NCBI RefSeq assembly: GCF_009914755.1
Contig: NC_060932.1
Direction: 5' to 3' (one strand)
Source: the human T2T-CHM13v2.0 reference genome, Homo sapiens
Length of the DNA stretch: 64,000 nt
Position numbers and translations under genes: made by a program. Below, one piece after another: positions 63,340 through 64,000 of the stretch (within the stretch, counting starts at the first letter, position 1; every line of letters begins with the position of its first letter). The notes below the pieces were generated by a model that made no database searches, was not told where the DNA came from, and saw only the letters and a list, made by a program, of their open reading frames with translations.

Positions 63340-64000
63340 GCTGACAGCCAAATCAGGAACATACCCCTATTCACAACTGCCACAAAAAACATACCTAGGA
63401 ATATAGCTAGCAATATAGCTAGGAATACCTAGGAATACAACTAAGAAGGGAGGTGAAAATTTTCTACAAGGAGAACTACAAAACATTGCTCAAAGAAATC
63501 AGAGGTGACACAAACAAATGGAAAAACATTCCATACTCATGGATAAGAAGAATCAATATAATTAAAATGGCTATACTGCCCCAAGCAATTTATAGATTCA
63601 ATGCTATTCCTATTAGACTACCATTGAGATTCTTCACAGAACTAGAAAAAACTATTTTAAAATTCATATGGAACCAAAAAGAGCCTAAACAGCCAAGGCA
63701 ATCCTAAGCAAAAAGAGTAAAGCTGGAGCCATCACACTACCCGAATTCAAACTATACTACAGGTCTATGGTAACCATAACAGCATGGTACTGGTACAATA
63801 ACAGACACACAGACCAATCAAACAATAGAGAATGCAGAAATAAGACCACATACCTACAACTATCTGATCTTTGAAAAACCCAACAAAAACAAGCAATGGG
63901 GAAAGAATTCCCTATTCAATAAATGGAGCTAGGATAACTGGCTGGCCATATGCAGAAGACTGAAACTGGATCCCTTCCTTATACCACACACAACAATTAA
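63340..64000 (+). mobile_element. L1 ORF2 fragment (post-RT region) running off the window
   Basis: [41 protein letters not shown]. Confidence 0.92.

Overview
Primate (human-like) AT-rich genomic DNA lying entirely inside one minus-strand gene that I recognise as RGS22 (regulator of G-protein signalling 22). Ten internal coding exons can be reconstructed (55769-55595, 50479-50346, 44799-44685, 42969-42844, 41915-41814, 11472-11278, 9012-8920, 7001-6829, 5267-5105, 2320-2162). All have AG/GT boundaries and matching phases, and they join into one 1435-nt open frame encoding two divergent RGS-like domains. The start and stop codons lie outside the window. The introns, including one of 30.3 kb, carry about 35 Alu/FLAM/FAM elements, a 5'-truncated L1PA with TSDs, a two-LTR THE1 element nested in an older L1, MLT1, Tigger3, MER63, MER5, a half-MADE1, L2/MIR relics and simple repeats. 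Most ORFs in the supplied track come from repeats or are random. I see no convincing new multi-gene system. The most interesting signals are: a SNORD77-like C/D snoRNA copy with an intact 28S guide, antisense to the host; a candidate recursive-splice site with a stop-containing 51-nt exon in the long intron; a tandem duplication that duplicates a splice acceptor; two local templated-insertion scars; and an approximately 830-bp AT-rich palindromic array grown out of an AluY tail. Repeat subfamily calls are by eye from remembered consensus sequences.
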